Assembly: GCA_965217775.1 (NCBI GenBank) | Contig: CBDCJH010000002.1 | Coordinates: 1,120,001 to 1,184,000 of the forward strand | Source: Acidobacteriota bacterium | GTDB lineage: Bacteria; Acidobacteriota; UBA6911; RPQK01; JAJDTT01 | Reading direction: 5' to 3' | Length of the DNA stretch: 64,000 nt | Shown: positions 18,788-28,555 of the stretch, piece after piece | Layout: each line of letters opens with the position of its first letter | Numbering within the stretch: position 1 is the stretch's first letter | Made by a program: the position numbers and the translations under genes | The notes under the pieces: generated by a model | The model's database searches: none | The model's input: the letters and a program-made list of their open reading frames with translations, nothing else | Told to the model about the DNA's origin: nothing

Positions 18788-20331
18788 GCCTGGAATTGTG
18801 GCTGTCCAATCTCTGGTTCTACAGCCTCCAGACCGGAATCCTGATTCTGGTCGGCGGCCTCCTCGCCTGGATCTCCCGTCTCCGCGAGCCCGGCCGCTTG
18901 TACCTCTACTGGCGTCTGCTGCTGGCAGGGTGTCTGATCCTGGTATTTCAACCTGGGGTCCCGGGAGCCTTGCCTGATCCGGTGTCCGTTCCGTCACTCG
19001 GGGTATCGGTTCTTACCACTGCTCAGGTGGCGAACCCAGAGGCGCGCCCCGTCGCCAATTTATATCCGTGGTTGGGAGGACTGCTGGTCTCGGGCATCGT
19101 GCTCCGCCTGATCTGGCTGGGAATCGGTCTCTTCCGGCTCCGCCGCTTAAAGCTCAGTACCGTGCGTCTTCCCCTACCGCAGCAGGTGCAGATGCTGAAG
19201 GAGAAGCTGGGAGTCTCCGCCCGATTTCGTGTCTCGTCCGAGGTGAGCGGTCCCATCACCTTCGGCTGTCTGCAACCCGTCGTCATCTTTCCCGAGTCGT
19301 TCACCGAATTGGACAAGGGAATGCAGAGTGCCGTCGCCTGCCATGAGCTGCTGCACGTGAAGAGGAGGGACTGGCTCTGGAACACGGTGGAGGAGTTTGT
19401 GAGAACTCTTTTTTGGTTCCACCCTGGTTTCCATTGGCTGATCAGCCGGATTCAACTGACCCGGGAGCAGGTGGTGGACGAGCAGGCCGTGATCCTGCTG
19501 GGTTCCAGTAGGACCTATCTTCGATCTTTGGTGGAGATCGCGAAGCGGGGCAGGAGCGCCCCCTTGCCGGCTCCTCTGTTTCTCAAGGAGTCACAACTCG
19601 GACGCCGCGTACGGCTGCTGCTCCAACTCCGGGAGGTAAAAATGTCCAAGATGAAAACGAGAATATCTTTGGCCGTCAGTCTTGTGATGCTGGCGGTGAC
19701 CGGCTGGTGGAGCTTGGCTGCACTGCCCTTGACGTCCCCTCACTCGGCGCGACTTCCGCAAGCGGAATCTGAACTTCAGGAGCCTGTTCAGGTGGGAAGT
19801 AACGTCATGAAGAGCAAACTGGCCCTCCGGGTTCAACCTGAGTACCCGGATCACCTGACTGCTTCTCGACCAACGGGTCACGTCATATTGTCTGCCGTGA
19901 TCGGCAGGAGTGGAGAAGTTCAACAGGTGGAAGTCTTGCGAGGCGACGAAAGCCATCCTGCTTTGAACTCTGTGGCTTTGGAGGCGGTGAAACTGTGGCG
20001 CTATGAGCCGTTTACATTGGACGGGAAACCCGTTCCAGTCAGGACCACCGTCATTGTTCGTTTTCCTCCGGATGGAATCGATCCCCAACTGGTCGATGAG
20101 ATGAAGGAAAGCCAGCGCGAGATCGAGAGGACGCGGAAGGAACTTGAGCGAGCCCGGAGCGAGATCGCTGGGATTGATCTCAAGGAGCTGGAAAGAGCGC
20201 GGAAGGAACTTGAGCGTGTCTGGGGTGAGATGGCTGAGATCGATCTCCAAATCATGGCCGATAGGTTGGAGGAGATCAGGGGCCAGATCGAGACGGTACG
20301 GAAGGAACTCGAGCGGCCAAATTTGAGATGA
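18784..20331 (+). CDS. BlaR1-like M56 peptidase fused to a TonB C-terminal domain and coiled-coil tail
   Basis: HELLHVKRRD (HEXXH), FWFHP, TonB-C motifs VQPEYP and AVKLWRYEP...DGKPVPV. Confidence 0.9.
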   Translation: MSLELWLSNLWFYSLQTGILILVGGLLAWISRLREPGRLYLYWRLLLAGCLILVFQPGVPGALPDPVSVPSLGVSVLTTAQVANPEARPVANLYPWLGGLLVSGIVLRLIWLGIGLFRLRRLKLSTVRLPLPQQVQMLKEKLGVSARFRVSSEVSGPITFGCLQPVVIFPESFTELDKGMQSAVACHELLHVKRRDWLWNTVEEFVRTLFWFHPGFHWLISRIQLTREQVVDEQAVILLGSSRTYLRSLVEIAKRGRSAPLPAPLFLKESQLGRRVRLLLQLREVKMSKMKTRISLAVSLVMLAVTGWWSLAALPLTSPHSARLPQAESELQEPVQVGSNVMKSKLALRVQPEYPDHLTASRPTGHVILSAVIGRSGEVQQVEVLRGDESHPALNSVALEAVKLWRYEPFTLDGKPVPVRTTVIVRFPPDGIDPQLVDEMKESQREIERTRKELERARSEIAGIDLKELERARKELERVWGEMAEIDLQIMADRLEEIRGQIETVRKELERPNLR

Positions 20332-20575
20332 AACCGTTTGTGTTGGGATTCTGCAAATGCTGAAAGAGAAATGGAAACAAGCCATCCGTGAAGGGAATTT
20401 TCTGCTTAGTCCCAACCCTATGGTTACAGGGCCCCGCCTCTTGGAATCGGTCCCGTTCCTGAAGCGGTCGAGAGTCGACTGGGTCCTGGTACTCGGACCC
20501 AGTCCCATGGAGTTCCAGGAGTCCGGCGCCGAAGTGATCTGCACATCCGATTGGGTACAGATCAGGAGTCCCGAA

Positions 20576-22834
20576 ATGCTGAAACAATTGGGCAAGGCAG
20601 TTTGGCCCTGGGTTGTATTGCTGTGGGCAGTTACGAGCCTGTCCTGCCAACTATGGCAGAGGGGAAGCGATTCCAATCCGGAGACGTCAATTCACCGGAT
20701 AGATGTTCGATATGACGCAGATGTGCTACCCGAAGAAAACGATCCGCCGTTCGTTCCCGGGGCTGAATGTGGGGTGCAGTCCAGCGACGACGGGATTCTG
20801 AACATTGAAGACAACGTGTCTGAAGTCGGATCAGGAGCCTCCATGTGTACGTTCTATTCCCGGAATGACCCCTTGACGAGTCAAGATGACGCTGAAATGG
20901 AATTTCGAGTACGGGTTCGCTCGGTCGGATCACCGGGCGGAAGCCGATCGGTCCAAGCCGGGTTTCTCGATGGAGCCAAGATCATTCAACTCGGCCTTTC
21001 AACCACCAGCGTTCAGTTCTTGACCAGCCAGGGCATGGAAATTGCAAAGTCTCGCGTCTCTGTGGATACAACGGTCTTTCATACCTATCGGATCGTGAAA
21101 CATGGCGATGTGTCCGTTGACATTCTTGTCGACGGAGAGTTGAAGGTCAGGCTCTCCTACGCGTCGCTTTCCGACTACTCTGGCCAGGAAGCTCCGAGGC
21201 AGGGATTCGGGGCCGGATCGAGCTGGGGAACCTCGAAGTCGGACTGGGATTTCGTCAACTACAACATCAGTCGACGCCCGCCGCAGGATGACAGCCAGGA
21301 ATCGGACACCTTGGATATCTCTCAGAAGCGATTACAGCAAAATGATCGAGAACCCAAGTATCTGACTACCGAAACTGCCGACAATCTGAAAAGGCCACGG
21401 TTGGTGTTGTTGGAAGAAATCCGTCTCGACCCACCCGAAGGCCTCTCACTACACATGCATGACGTGGCCATCGGACCCAAGAGTTTCTTTCTGCTCAATT
21501 TCCGAGATACCGTCTCCGAGTTCGGTCTGGACGGCCGGTTTATTCGTCACTATGGGGAGAAACTTCGAAATCAGCTCGATCTCGGCCGGCTGTACGGGTG
21601 GGCAGCGAATCCCCGAAACGGCCGGCTCTATGTTTCGGAAACCAGACTCCTCACTATTTTTTATCCTGACGGATCGTTCGGACAGAGAATTGAACTTCCC
21701 GAAAACATAACTGCGTCTGCAATCACTTTTAGCCGGAACGGCGATCTTGTTCTGGATCTCAATATGATTGACGGCCCCTGGCTCGCTGTCCTGAAGGACG
21801 ACGGGAATATAACTCTCTTCGGCGAAGAAAGACGAAAATTGTTGGGCCCGGACGAAGAATTCAGGCCGAATTTCATGCCGCGGTTTCATACTCTGACCGA
21901 CAGCAGTGGCAACATTTATGCGATTAACAGAGTGGATTACGAGATTCGGAAGTATGACCAGGATGGCGTCTATATTGGGGACTTCAAGATACAGAGAGAT
22001 CAGCACTATCGCCCTCCGCCCGATGGAGTAGACAAATCGCTGCTGTGGACCGACCCGGAATTCAGTGAAAATTGGTATTCCACCTGGACGGCTGTGACCG
22101 GTTCAGCAATCGCCAATGGCCGATACCTGATCGCAGCTCTCGGATCGTTGTCCGCGGCCGACCAGAAAGTGCGTCTCCACTTCTACGACCTGGAGGGAAG
22201 GAAGGCCTTTCAACAGATAGAGTGGGAAGAACATCTGGTCGGAAACGATTCGGAAGGCGATCTGTACTTTTACTCGAGGCCGGCGGATGCCTTGAGAGTC
22301 TACGCGTTGGAGCCGACTTATTCGCCTGACAGGTCCAAACATACCCGCCTTCTGAATAAAAAGCGCGAGAATGGAGGTGGAAAGGCTTACGAAGAAACCC
22401 GGAAGGTCGAGACCGAGGCAGCGCCTGCGCCTGCTTTCAGTGTGACCTCGCTCGATGGAGAAGACCTCAACTCAAGGTCCCTCCGTGGCAAGGTGGTCGT
22501 GCTGAATTTCTGGTTCATCGGGTGCGCACCCTGCCGAATCGAGATCCCCAGTCTCAACAAGTTGGTGGATGAATTCGACCAGGACGATGTCGTGTTCATC
22601 GCGTTTGCCAGGGACGACGAGGCGCCACTCAGGTCCTTTCTCAAGGAACTGCCGTTCAAATACAAGATCATCCCCGCCGCGGACGTCATCAGTAAATTCA
22701 ACGTCAGCACGTATCCGACTCACATCGTTATCGATCAGAAGGGCGACATCGACACGGTCCTTTTCGGTGGTGGCGAAAATCGCCATGAAGACCTGCAACC
22801 ATTGATCGAGCGCCTTCTACAAGCGGAGTCGTAA
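20576..22834 (+). CDS. Exported multidomain protein: beta-rich N-terminus, NHL-like propeller, C-terminal TlpA domain
   Basis: AGGAG upstream of ATG 20576, signal/lipobox-like SLSC, VLNFWFIGCAPCRIEIP. Confidence 0.75.
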   Translation: MLKQLGKAVWPWVVLLWAVTSLSCQLWQRGSDSNPETSIHRIDVRYDADVLPEENDPPFVPGAECGVQSSDDGILNIEDNVSEVGSGASMCTFYSRNDPLTSQDDAEMEFRVRVRSVGSPGGSRSVQAGFLDGAKIIQLGLSTTSVQFLTSQGMEIAKSRVSVDTTVFHTYRIVKHGDVSVDILVDGELKVRLSYASLSDYSGQEAPRQGFGAGSSWGTSKSDWDFVNYNISRRPPQDDSQESDTLDISQKRLQQNDREPKYLTTETADNLKRPRLVLLEEIRLDPPEGLSLHMHDVAIGPKSFFLLNFRDTVSEFGLDGRFIRHYGEKLRNQLDLGRLYGWAANPRNGRLYVSETRLLTIFYPDGSFGQRIELPENITASAITFSRNGDLVLDLNMIDGPWLAVLKDDGNITLFGEERRKLLGPDEEFRPNFMPRFHTLTDSSGNIYAINRVDYEIRKYDQDGVYIGDFKIQRDQHYRPPPDGVDKSLLWTDPEFSENWYSTWTAVTGSAIANGRYLIAALGSLSAADQKVRLHFYDLEGRKAFQQIEWEEHLVGNDSEGDLYFYSRPADALRVYALEPTYSPDRSKHTRLLNKKRENGGGKAYEETRKVETEAAPAPAFSVTSLDGEDLNSRSLRGKVVVLNFWFIGCAPCRIEIPSLNKLVDEFDQDDVVFIAFARDDEAPLRSFLKELPFKYKIIPAADVISKFNVSTYPTHIVIDQKGDIDTVLFGGGENRHEDLQPLIERLLQAES

Positions 22835-22965
22835 GGGGTTTGTAAAACCGACGCGAGGTTGGCGAACTGTGAGTGTTCGGTCAAATTCAGGTGCTTGTGT
22901 CAGGCCAAGGTCGGTTCGACAAAATGGTTCGTGCTGGGATTCGGACCTCTGGCCTTCCAGCTGTT

Positions 22966-23514
22966 TCAGTTGTCGAACTCTCCCCGATACGACACTTGGA
23001 GGGCATTGTTGAACAGGTTCAGCAGTTGAATCAGGCCGATCAGAAACGTTAGCTCTACGATCTCCTCATCCGAAAATTCCTTCCGGAGCCGATCGAAGAA
23101 GTCTTCCTCGATTCGGTTGGCGTCCTGGATCGCCAAGGCCGTGTAGTCCAGCGCCAATGCCTCCCTGCGGCTCAGATGCTCCGGCGCTTCCAGATCCTCG
23201 ATCTGCGGATCCGGAATACCGATCATCCGCATCACGGTTCGGTGGGTGTTGATACAGAACTGGCATTCGTTTTGGAGCGAGGCTTTCAGGATCACCTTCT
23301 CCTTCAGAGGACGTTCCAAAATCCCGCCGGGGTAGACTCCCTGGCCGGTTTCTCCGAAGGCCTTCAGGATCTCGGGCCGCAAGGACATGGCCTGAAGCAT
23401 CTCCAACGGCAGGCGGCCGGCCTCGGCAAGTGCCCGGCTCTCTTCGAACGCGGGAGAACCGCTCAGCCCTTGGAAAATCTGCTTGACTCTTTCCGGATCG
23501 ATACTGACTCGCAT
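22966..23514 (-). CDS. Carboxymuconolactone decarboxylase/AhpD-like protein
   Basis: LKEKVIL.AS..NECQFC..TH; FSDEEIVEL. Confidence 0.85.
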   Translation of the reverse strand: MRVSIDPERVKQIFQGLSGSPAFEESRALAEAGRLPLEMLQAMSLRPEILKAFGETGQGVYPGGILERPLKEKVILKASLQNECQFCINTHRTVMRMIGIPDPQIEDLEAPEHLSRREALALDYTALAIQDANRIEEDFFDRLRKEFSDEEIVELTFLIGLIQLLNLFNNALQVSYRGEFDN

Positions 23515-23645
23515 CGGCTGCCTCCAAATGAAATGTCCCGGCACCGGCTCCGAACGACTGGAATTCTCTCAGGTTCGGGTCTAGCATTCATACAAGACGA
23601 CGGTACAGTCCTTTTTCCGGTCCACACAGCCGAGGAGGTGAACAA

Positions 23646-24944
23646 ATGTCCGCTACGAATCGTCGAGCTTTCTTGCAGGAATCGGGTCTGGGTCTGACGG
23701 CGGCCGCCGTCGGGTTGACTCCCGCGGTGGGCAGCGTTCTGGGAGCCAACGACCGCCTCCACGTGGGGGTCATCGGCTGCGGCGGCCGGGGACGGCGGCT
23801 GGGCGAGAACTTCGCTGCCTTGGAGGGCTGCCGGGTGACCCATGTCTGCGACCCGGACTCCCAGCGCGTGGCACAGGCCTTGGAACAGACCGGCGCGGCT
23901 CGCGGAGTCGCGGACCTCCGCTACATCCTGGACGACCCCGAGGTGGATGCGGTGGTCATCGCCACCTGCGATCATTGGCACGCTCCGGCCGCCATCCTCG
24001 CCTGCCAGGCCGGCAAGCACGTCTACGTGGAGAAGCCCTGCTCCCACAACGTCCGGGAGGGGCGGCAGATGATCGAGGCCGCCCGCCGTCACGGCCGGGT
24101 GATGCAGCACGGCACCCAGAGCCGGTCCAGCTCCGGCGTGATCCGAGCCATCGGGATGCTCCGGGAAGGAGTGATCGGCGAAGTCCTGGTGGCCAAGCAC
24201 GTGAACAGTCAGAAACGGCGCAATATCGGGCACGAAAAGGCGGCCCGTCCCCCGGCGCACGTGGACTACGATCTCTGGGTCGGTCCCGCCGAATGGGCCG
24301 AGTACCAGGCCAACTACGTCCACTACCACTGGCACTGGTTCTACAACTTCGGCACCGGTGACATCGGCAACGACGGGGTCCACGGCATCGACCTCGCCCG
24401 CTGGGGGCTGGGCGTTGAGACCCATCCCAATCTGGCCACCGGCTACGGGTCCAAGCTCTACTTCGACGACGACCAGGAGTTCCCCGACACCTACACGGTG
24501 ACGTTCGTCTATCCCGGAGGCGGCGGCGACCGTCAGGAACGGCTGCTGGTCTACGAACAGCGCATCTGGTCGCCCTATCGAAACGACGCTCAGGAGAACA
24601 GCCTCTACTTCTACGGCACCGAGGGGATGATGACCCTGGGAGGGCAGGGAATCCGGATCTATGGCAAGAAGAACGAGCTGATCCGCGAGGAAGAACGGTA
24701 CAAGCTCACCAGGGGAGTCCATCAGAAGGACTTCCTGGACGCCATTCGATCCGGTGGGCGCCCCGTGGCGGACATCGAGGTCGGCCACCTCTCCTCCACT
24801 CTCCCCCACTTGGGGAACATCGTGGCCCGGACGAATCGAAGCGTCCGCTTCGACCCGGACCAGGAGCGGATCGTGGGAGACGACGAGGCCGATGCGCTGC
24901 TGGCCCGCCGCTACCGGCCCGGCCACTGGGCCGTACCCAGTTGA
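23646..24944 (+). CDS. Tat-exported Gfo/Idh/MocA oxidoreductase
   Basis: NRRAFL twin-arginine signal, GCGGRG, DHWHA, HVYVEKP. Confidence 0.92.
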   Translation: MSATNRRAFLQESGLGLTAAAVGLTPAVGSVLGANDRLHVGVIGCGGRGRRLGENFAALEGCRVTHVCDPDSQRVAQALEQTGAARGVADLRYILDDPEVDAVVIATCDHWHAPAAILACQAGKHVYVEKPCSHNVREGRQMIEAARRHGRVMQHGTQSRSSSGVIRAIGMLREGVIGEVLVAKHVNSQKRRNIGHEKAARPPAHVDYDLWVGPAEWAEYQANYVHYHWHWFYNFGTGDIGNDGVHGIDLARWGLGVETHPNLATGYGSKLYFDDDQEFPDTYTVTFVYPGGGGDRQERLLVYEQRIWSPYRNDAQENSLYFYGTEGMMTLGGQGIRIYGKKNELIREEERYKLTRGVHQKDFLDAIRSGGRPVADIEVGHLSSTLPHLGNIVARTNRSVRFDPDQERIVGDDEADALLARRYRPGHWAVPS

Positions 24945-24954
24945 GGCGCAAGGA

Positions 24955-25296
24955 TCAGGCCTTCAGCGATACCGTCGCTATCACCTGACACACGGCCCCG
25001 GCCGGAAGCTCCGCACGGAGCCGCAGGTAGGTGCCGAAGTGGAGTACCCGGCAGAAGGTCAACTCACCCACCCGGCCGGGCAGGGCGAGGGTGGTGCCCT
25101 CATCGACCCAATGCACACCGTCGGGCGAGATCTGGACCGCGGCCCGAGCGTCGTTGACCTCTCCCTGCACTCGTAAGGCTCGAAGAAAGAAGATGGCTTC
25201 CGAGGCCCAGGCGGCTTCGTAGGGCTCGGTCGCGAACTTGTGCTCCCAATCTTCGCCCAAGGAGAGAATCGCCGTATGACTCTCTCGCAACCTCAA
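24955..25296 (-). CDS. Conserved hypothetical protein (resembles DUF6385, from recollection)
   Basis: FATEPYEAAWASEAIFF and QISPDG..W.DEG; translationally coupled to the upstream gene. Confidence 0.6.
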   Translation of the reverse strand: MRLRESHTAILSLGEDWEHKFATEPYEAAWASEAIFFLRALRVQGEVNDARAAVQISPDGVHWVDEGTTLALPGRVGELTFCRVLHFGTYLRLRAELPAGAVCQVIATVSLKA

Positions 25297-26186
25297 TCCC
25301 AGTCTCCCGACAAGATCACGGAGTCGATGTAGTAGAAGGCTCTCTTGTCCAGGTCCGTCTCGACGAAGAAGGCAACATTGAGCATGTTCCTCAGGTTGGG
25401 CATGGCGGGAATGACGATGGGGTCGATGCCGTCCATGTCATAAGCCATGTCGTTGCACCGGAAATGCGTGTAGCGCATGGTCCGCAGGTCGAACCCCACC
25501 TTGGCATAGTGCCAGTTCACCTTGGTCGGAATCTCGTTGTAGCAGAGCTCCTGCCCGCGGTCCGAGAGGGGGCGCCAGTCCCGGTCGGCCAGGTGATGAT
25601 GCGTGACCGTCTTCTCACCGACTCGGACGAACTCGACGGTCTGCTTCTTGTACTGCCAGCGCTGCACCCTCCGGCCGTCGCTGGAGTTGAGGTATCTCAG
25701 GTGCGGCATCACGCGATGGGCATCGTCCTGGAGATCGAACAGGACTCCCACCGAGCGAACGTCCAGGTCCGATAGCCGGAGCTCGGAGGCCTCGGGCTTG
25801 AAGGTGAAGATGAACTCCAACTGGATGGGACAGGGTCTGGAGAAGGTCACCCGTTTGATGGCGACTGCCTGGGCACCGCTCTGGGGACGAGTGGCCAGCT
25901 TCAGTGCGTAACTCCCGCTCATCGCCCCATGAGTTCCGCCGTCCCAGTGGGTCAGGTTGCTCAGCATCGGCTGGGTCAGGGACCTGTAGCCGGGATGCAT
26001 GCTGTCGAGGCTTCCCTCGTAGTTGCCGATCAGCGCCGTCCAGCCATTCATTCCCTGGTTGAAGTCGTCGTAATAGAAGATCCGAGGCAGCGGATCGAAA
26101 CGGCTCAGAGAGGGGTGGGAACGAAAAGGGAGGCTATCCGGTGACCCCATCCAGCATTCCTGCGCCCGAGAACACGGGCGGCTCAT
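25293..26186 (-). CDS. Conserved hypothetical protein (resembles DUF6772, from recollection; start may be 26150)
   Basis: RIFYYDDFNQGMNGW, GTHGAMSGSYALKLATRP, CYNEIPTKVNWHY. Confidence 0.6.
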   Translation of the reverse strand: MSRPCSRAQECWMGSPDSLPFRSHPSLSRFDPLPRIFYYDDFNQGMNGWTALIGNYEGSLDSMHPGYRSLTQPMLSNLTHWDGGTHGAMSGSYALKLATRPQSGAQAVAIKRVTFSRPCPIQLEFIFTFKPEASELRLSDLDVRSVGVLFDLQDDAHRVMPHLRYLNSSDGRRVQRWQYKKQTVEFVRVGEKTVTHHHLADRDWRPLSDRGQELCYNEIPTKVNWHYAKVGFDLRTMRYTHFRCNDMAYDMDGIDPIVIPAMPNLRNMLNVAFFVETDLDKRAFYYIDSVILSGDWD

Positions 26187-26267
26187 GACTTGCGATCATC
26201 CCGCGAGGCTACTTCCTGCTACTGTAAAGTATACGCGCCTCGTATGACCGGAAGACCCAGTCACGTT

Positions 26268-28412
26268 CAGGGCCATCCCACGCTAGGAATATCTGACGAT
26301 TCGCCCCAACAACCGCAGAGGTTTGCATTCTCCGCTGGCTTTTTTTCGCCCCAGGCTTCATCCTGGGGGTATGAGCGCTCCAGCAGACGACGAAGTGATC
26401 TTCAAGGAAACCCCGGAAGGCTTTTTCCTCAACGATGCCCAGGTGCGACTGGCCCGCCCCGACGAGCGGGTGAAGTGGGACCGACGGGTTCACCAACACC
26501 ATTACCTCGGCTTCAAACGGTTTGCCGGTCGCGGTCTGCGCTACGTCGTCGAATGGCGCGGGAAGTGGCTGGCGCTCGCCGGCTGGCAGTCGGGCGCCTT
26601 CAAGTGTCGGCATCGGGACCGCTGGATCGGGTGGAAGCCCGACCTGCAGTACCGGCGTCTGCATCTGATCGCAAACAACACGCGATTCGTGATTCTCGCT
26701 TCCAAGGGCGTCTTCCCGGGTCTCGGCTCCTGGACGCTGGCCCGGATGCTGCGGCGTCTCGGTGACGACTGGCAGGCGCACTATGGACACCCGGTACTGA
26801 TCGCCGAGAGCTTTGTCGACCCCGCCCGCTTCGACGGCGCCCTCTACCGCGCTTCCAACTGGCGTTATCTCGGCGACACGCGGGGGTTTGCGCGTCACAA
26901 CGGTCGCTATACCGATCCTCACGGCCAGCCGAAGCAGCTGTACGTGTCCCCGTTGCGGCGCAACGCCTGCCGTCGTCTGCGCGACCCTCGCCCGCTGACC
27001 TCGAAGTGGGAGCCCAAGGGTCCGACCCGGAAGGGCGCGAGCGAGTTGCGCTCGCTGGTTCAGGAGTTGGCCGAGATCAAGGATTTCCGGCGTGCCCAGG
27101 GGCGCAAGCATTCCGTGGCCTCGGTGCTCACCGTCTACCTGCTCGCGAGGCTGGCGAACCTGCGCGGTCCGGTCGCGGCCGCCGAGTATGCGCAGAAGCT
27201 CTCGCAGCCGGAAATCGAGGCGATCGGCGCCTGGAAGAACCCCCGGACCGGCCGCTACGTTCCGGTCTCCAAGTCCACCCTGCACCGCGTGATCTCCTCG
27301 GTGGATCCGGACCAGATCGAGGCCGTGCTCCGGCGGTTCTCGATGCCGAGACTGCAACTGGGCCGCGCGATTGCGGTGGACGGCAAGCGGATTCGCGGCG
27401 CCAACCGCAACGGAGACGGACATTTCGAGACCGCGACACTGGTGGAGCACACCACCGGATTGCCCCTCGCCACCCTCAGCTTCAATGAAGAGGGCGGGGA
27501 GATCGCTGCCGTGCGCGCTCTGCTGGAGAAGGTCGATGTCTCGGGACGCGTCCTCACGGTCGACGCCTTGCACACCACCCGCGAGACCGCGCGCGTCATC
27601 GTCGAAACCCACGGGGCCGACTATCTCATGACGGTCAAGGAAAACGCCCCCGAAACCCATGAGATGCTCTCGACCATCGACTGGAACCGGGACGCGACCG
27701 GGTCTTTCCAGGAAGAGACCGACTTGGCCCATGGGCGCATCGAGCAGCGCTCCATCCAGGTCATGACTCCTCTGGAGGGCCTCCTGAACTACCCCCACGT
27801 CGCCCAGATCTTCCGCATCACACGCCGGCGCACCGACGCCCGGCAAAACGGAACCGGAAAAACCAGCCGCGAGCAGGTCTACGGCATCACCTCGGCGCCG
27901 GCTTACCGCGCGTCCCCCCGGCAACTCCTTGCCGACAACCGCGGCCACTGGGCGGTCGAAGTCAATCACAACCTCCGGGACACCCTCTTTGCCGAAGACG
28001 ACTGTCTCGCCCGCACCCGATTCGCGCCGGCGAACAATGCGACCTGCACCAACCTCGCGATCGCGATCATCATTCACCAGACTTCGTTTGACAGCTTCGC
28101 CTCCGCCACTCGCCACTTCGCACTCCAACGCCAGGACGCCTTCACCGCGCTGCAGTCTCCGTGAGCACCGGCCCAACTCCCATCCCCACACGGCGACGAT
28201 CCGATCCCTCCCGCCGTCCCTGAGACGGAACTTCTACTCGTCCGCAGCCCGACCGGGCCGCTCGGGACCCTCAGCGGCAGGAGCTCAGGGCCCTGACGGC
28301 CCCATGGTGGCGCCCCCATTCGGACCGACCCAACGCCCAGGCCGACAGCAGCGCGCCCTGATCTCGAAAATCAACTCAATTCACGGCAATGTCAGAGCGT
28401 GGGATAGTCCTG
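26268..28412 (+). mobile_element. Complete ISAs1-family insertion sequence
   Basis: Terminal IRs CAGGGCCATCCCACGCT / CAGGACTATCCCACGCT (15 of 17 identical); 10-bp TSD CAGTCACGTT at 26258-26267 and 28413-28422. Confidence 0.93.
26371..28164 (+). CDS. ISAs1-family DDE transposase with N-terminal DUF4338 domain
   Basis: IAVDGKRIRG, TVDALHT, YLMTVKEN, HGRIEQR, RGHWAVE, RD..FAED; N-terminal HHYLG, RD.WIGW, NNTRF, ESFVD. Confidence 0.9.
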   Translation: MSAPADDEVIFKETPEGFFLNDAQVRLARPDERVKWDRRVHQHHYLGFKRFAGRGLRYVVEWRGKWLALAGWQSGAFKCRHRDRWIGWKPDLQYRRLHLIANNTRFVILASKGVFPGLGSWTLARMLRRLGDDWQAHYGHPVLIAESFVDPARFDGALYRASNWRYLGDTRGFARHNGRYTDPHGQPKQLYVSPLRRNACRRLRDPRPLTSKWEPKGPTRKGASELRSLVQELAEIKDFRRAQGRKHSVASVLTVYLLARLANLRGPVAAAEYAQKLSQPEIEAIGAWKNPRTGRYVPVSKSTLHRVISSVDPDQIEAVLRRFSMPRLQLGRAIAVDGKRIRGANRNGDGHFETATLVEHTTGLPLATLSFNEEGGEIAAVRALLEKVDVSGRVLTVDALHTTRETARVIVETHGADYLMTVKENAPETHEMLSTIDWNRDATGSFQEETDLAHGRIEQRSIQVMTPLEGLLNYPHVAQIFRITRRRTDARQNGTGKTSREQVYGITSAPAYRASPRQLLADNRGHWAVEVNHNLRDTLFAEDDCLARTRFAPANNATCTNLAIAIIIHQTSFDSFASATRHFALQRQDAFTALQSP

Positions 28413-28555
28413 CAGTCACGTTGGTCGTCTGTCAGTGGCGATCCCTATTTGCACACATCGCGGGAGCCCGAGACGTTGACTCCAGACATCTCTGAGTTCA
28501 GGGTGGTGAAGCGCGAGCTGAAGCTCGTCGGACGGCGTGCCGGGAGGGTTACCGC

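Noticed and set aside
18416-20331. Beta-lactam resistance locus
   Set aside because: The sensor domain is TonB-C rather than penicillin-binding, and no beta-lactamase is adjacent.
26371-27030. Druantia defence system
   Set aside because: Only the DUF4338 domain is present, fused inside an IS; no DruE helicase or other partners.
26209-28191. 660-aa antisense ORF, and similar long shadow ORFs (e.g. 14622-16049, 23463-24926, 48904-50508)
   Set aside because: Opposite-strand shadows of well-supported genes, expected in high-GC DNA.
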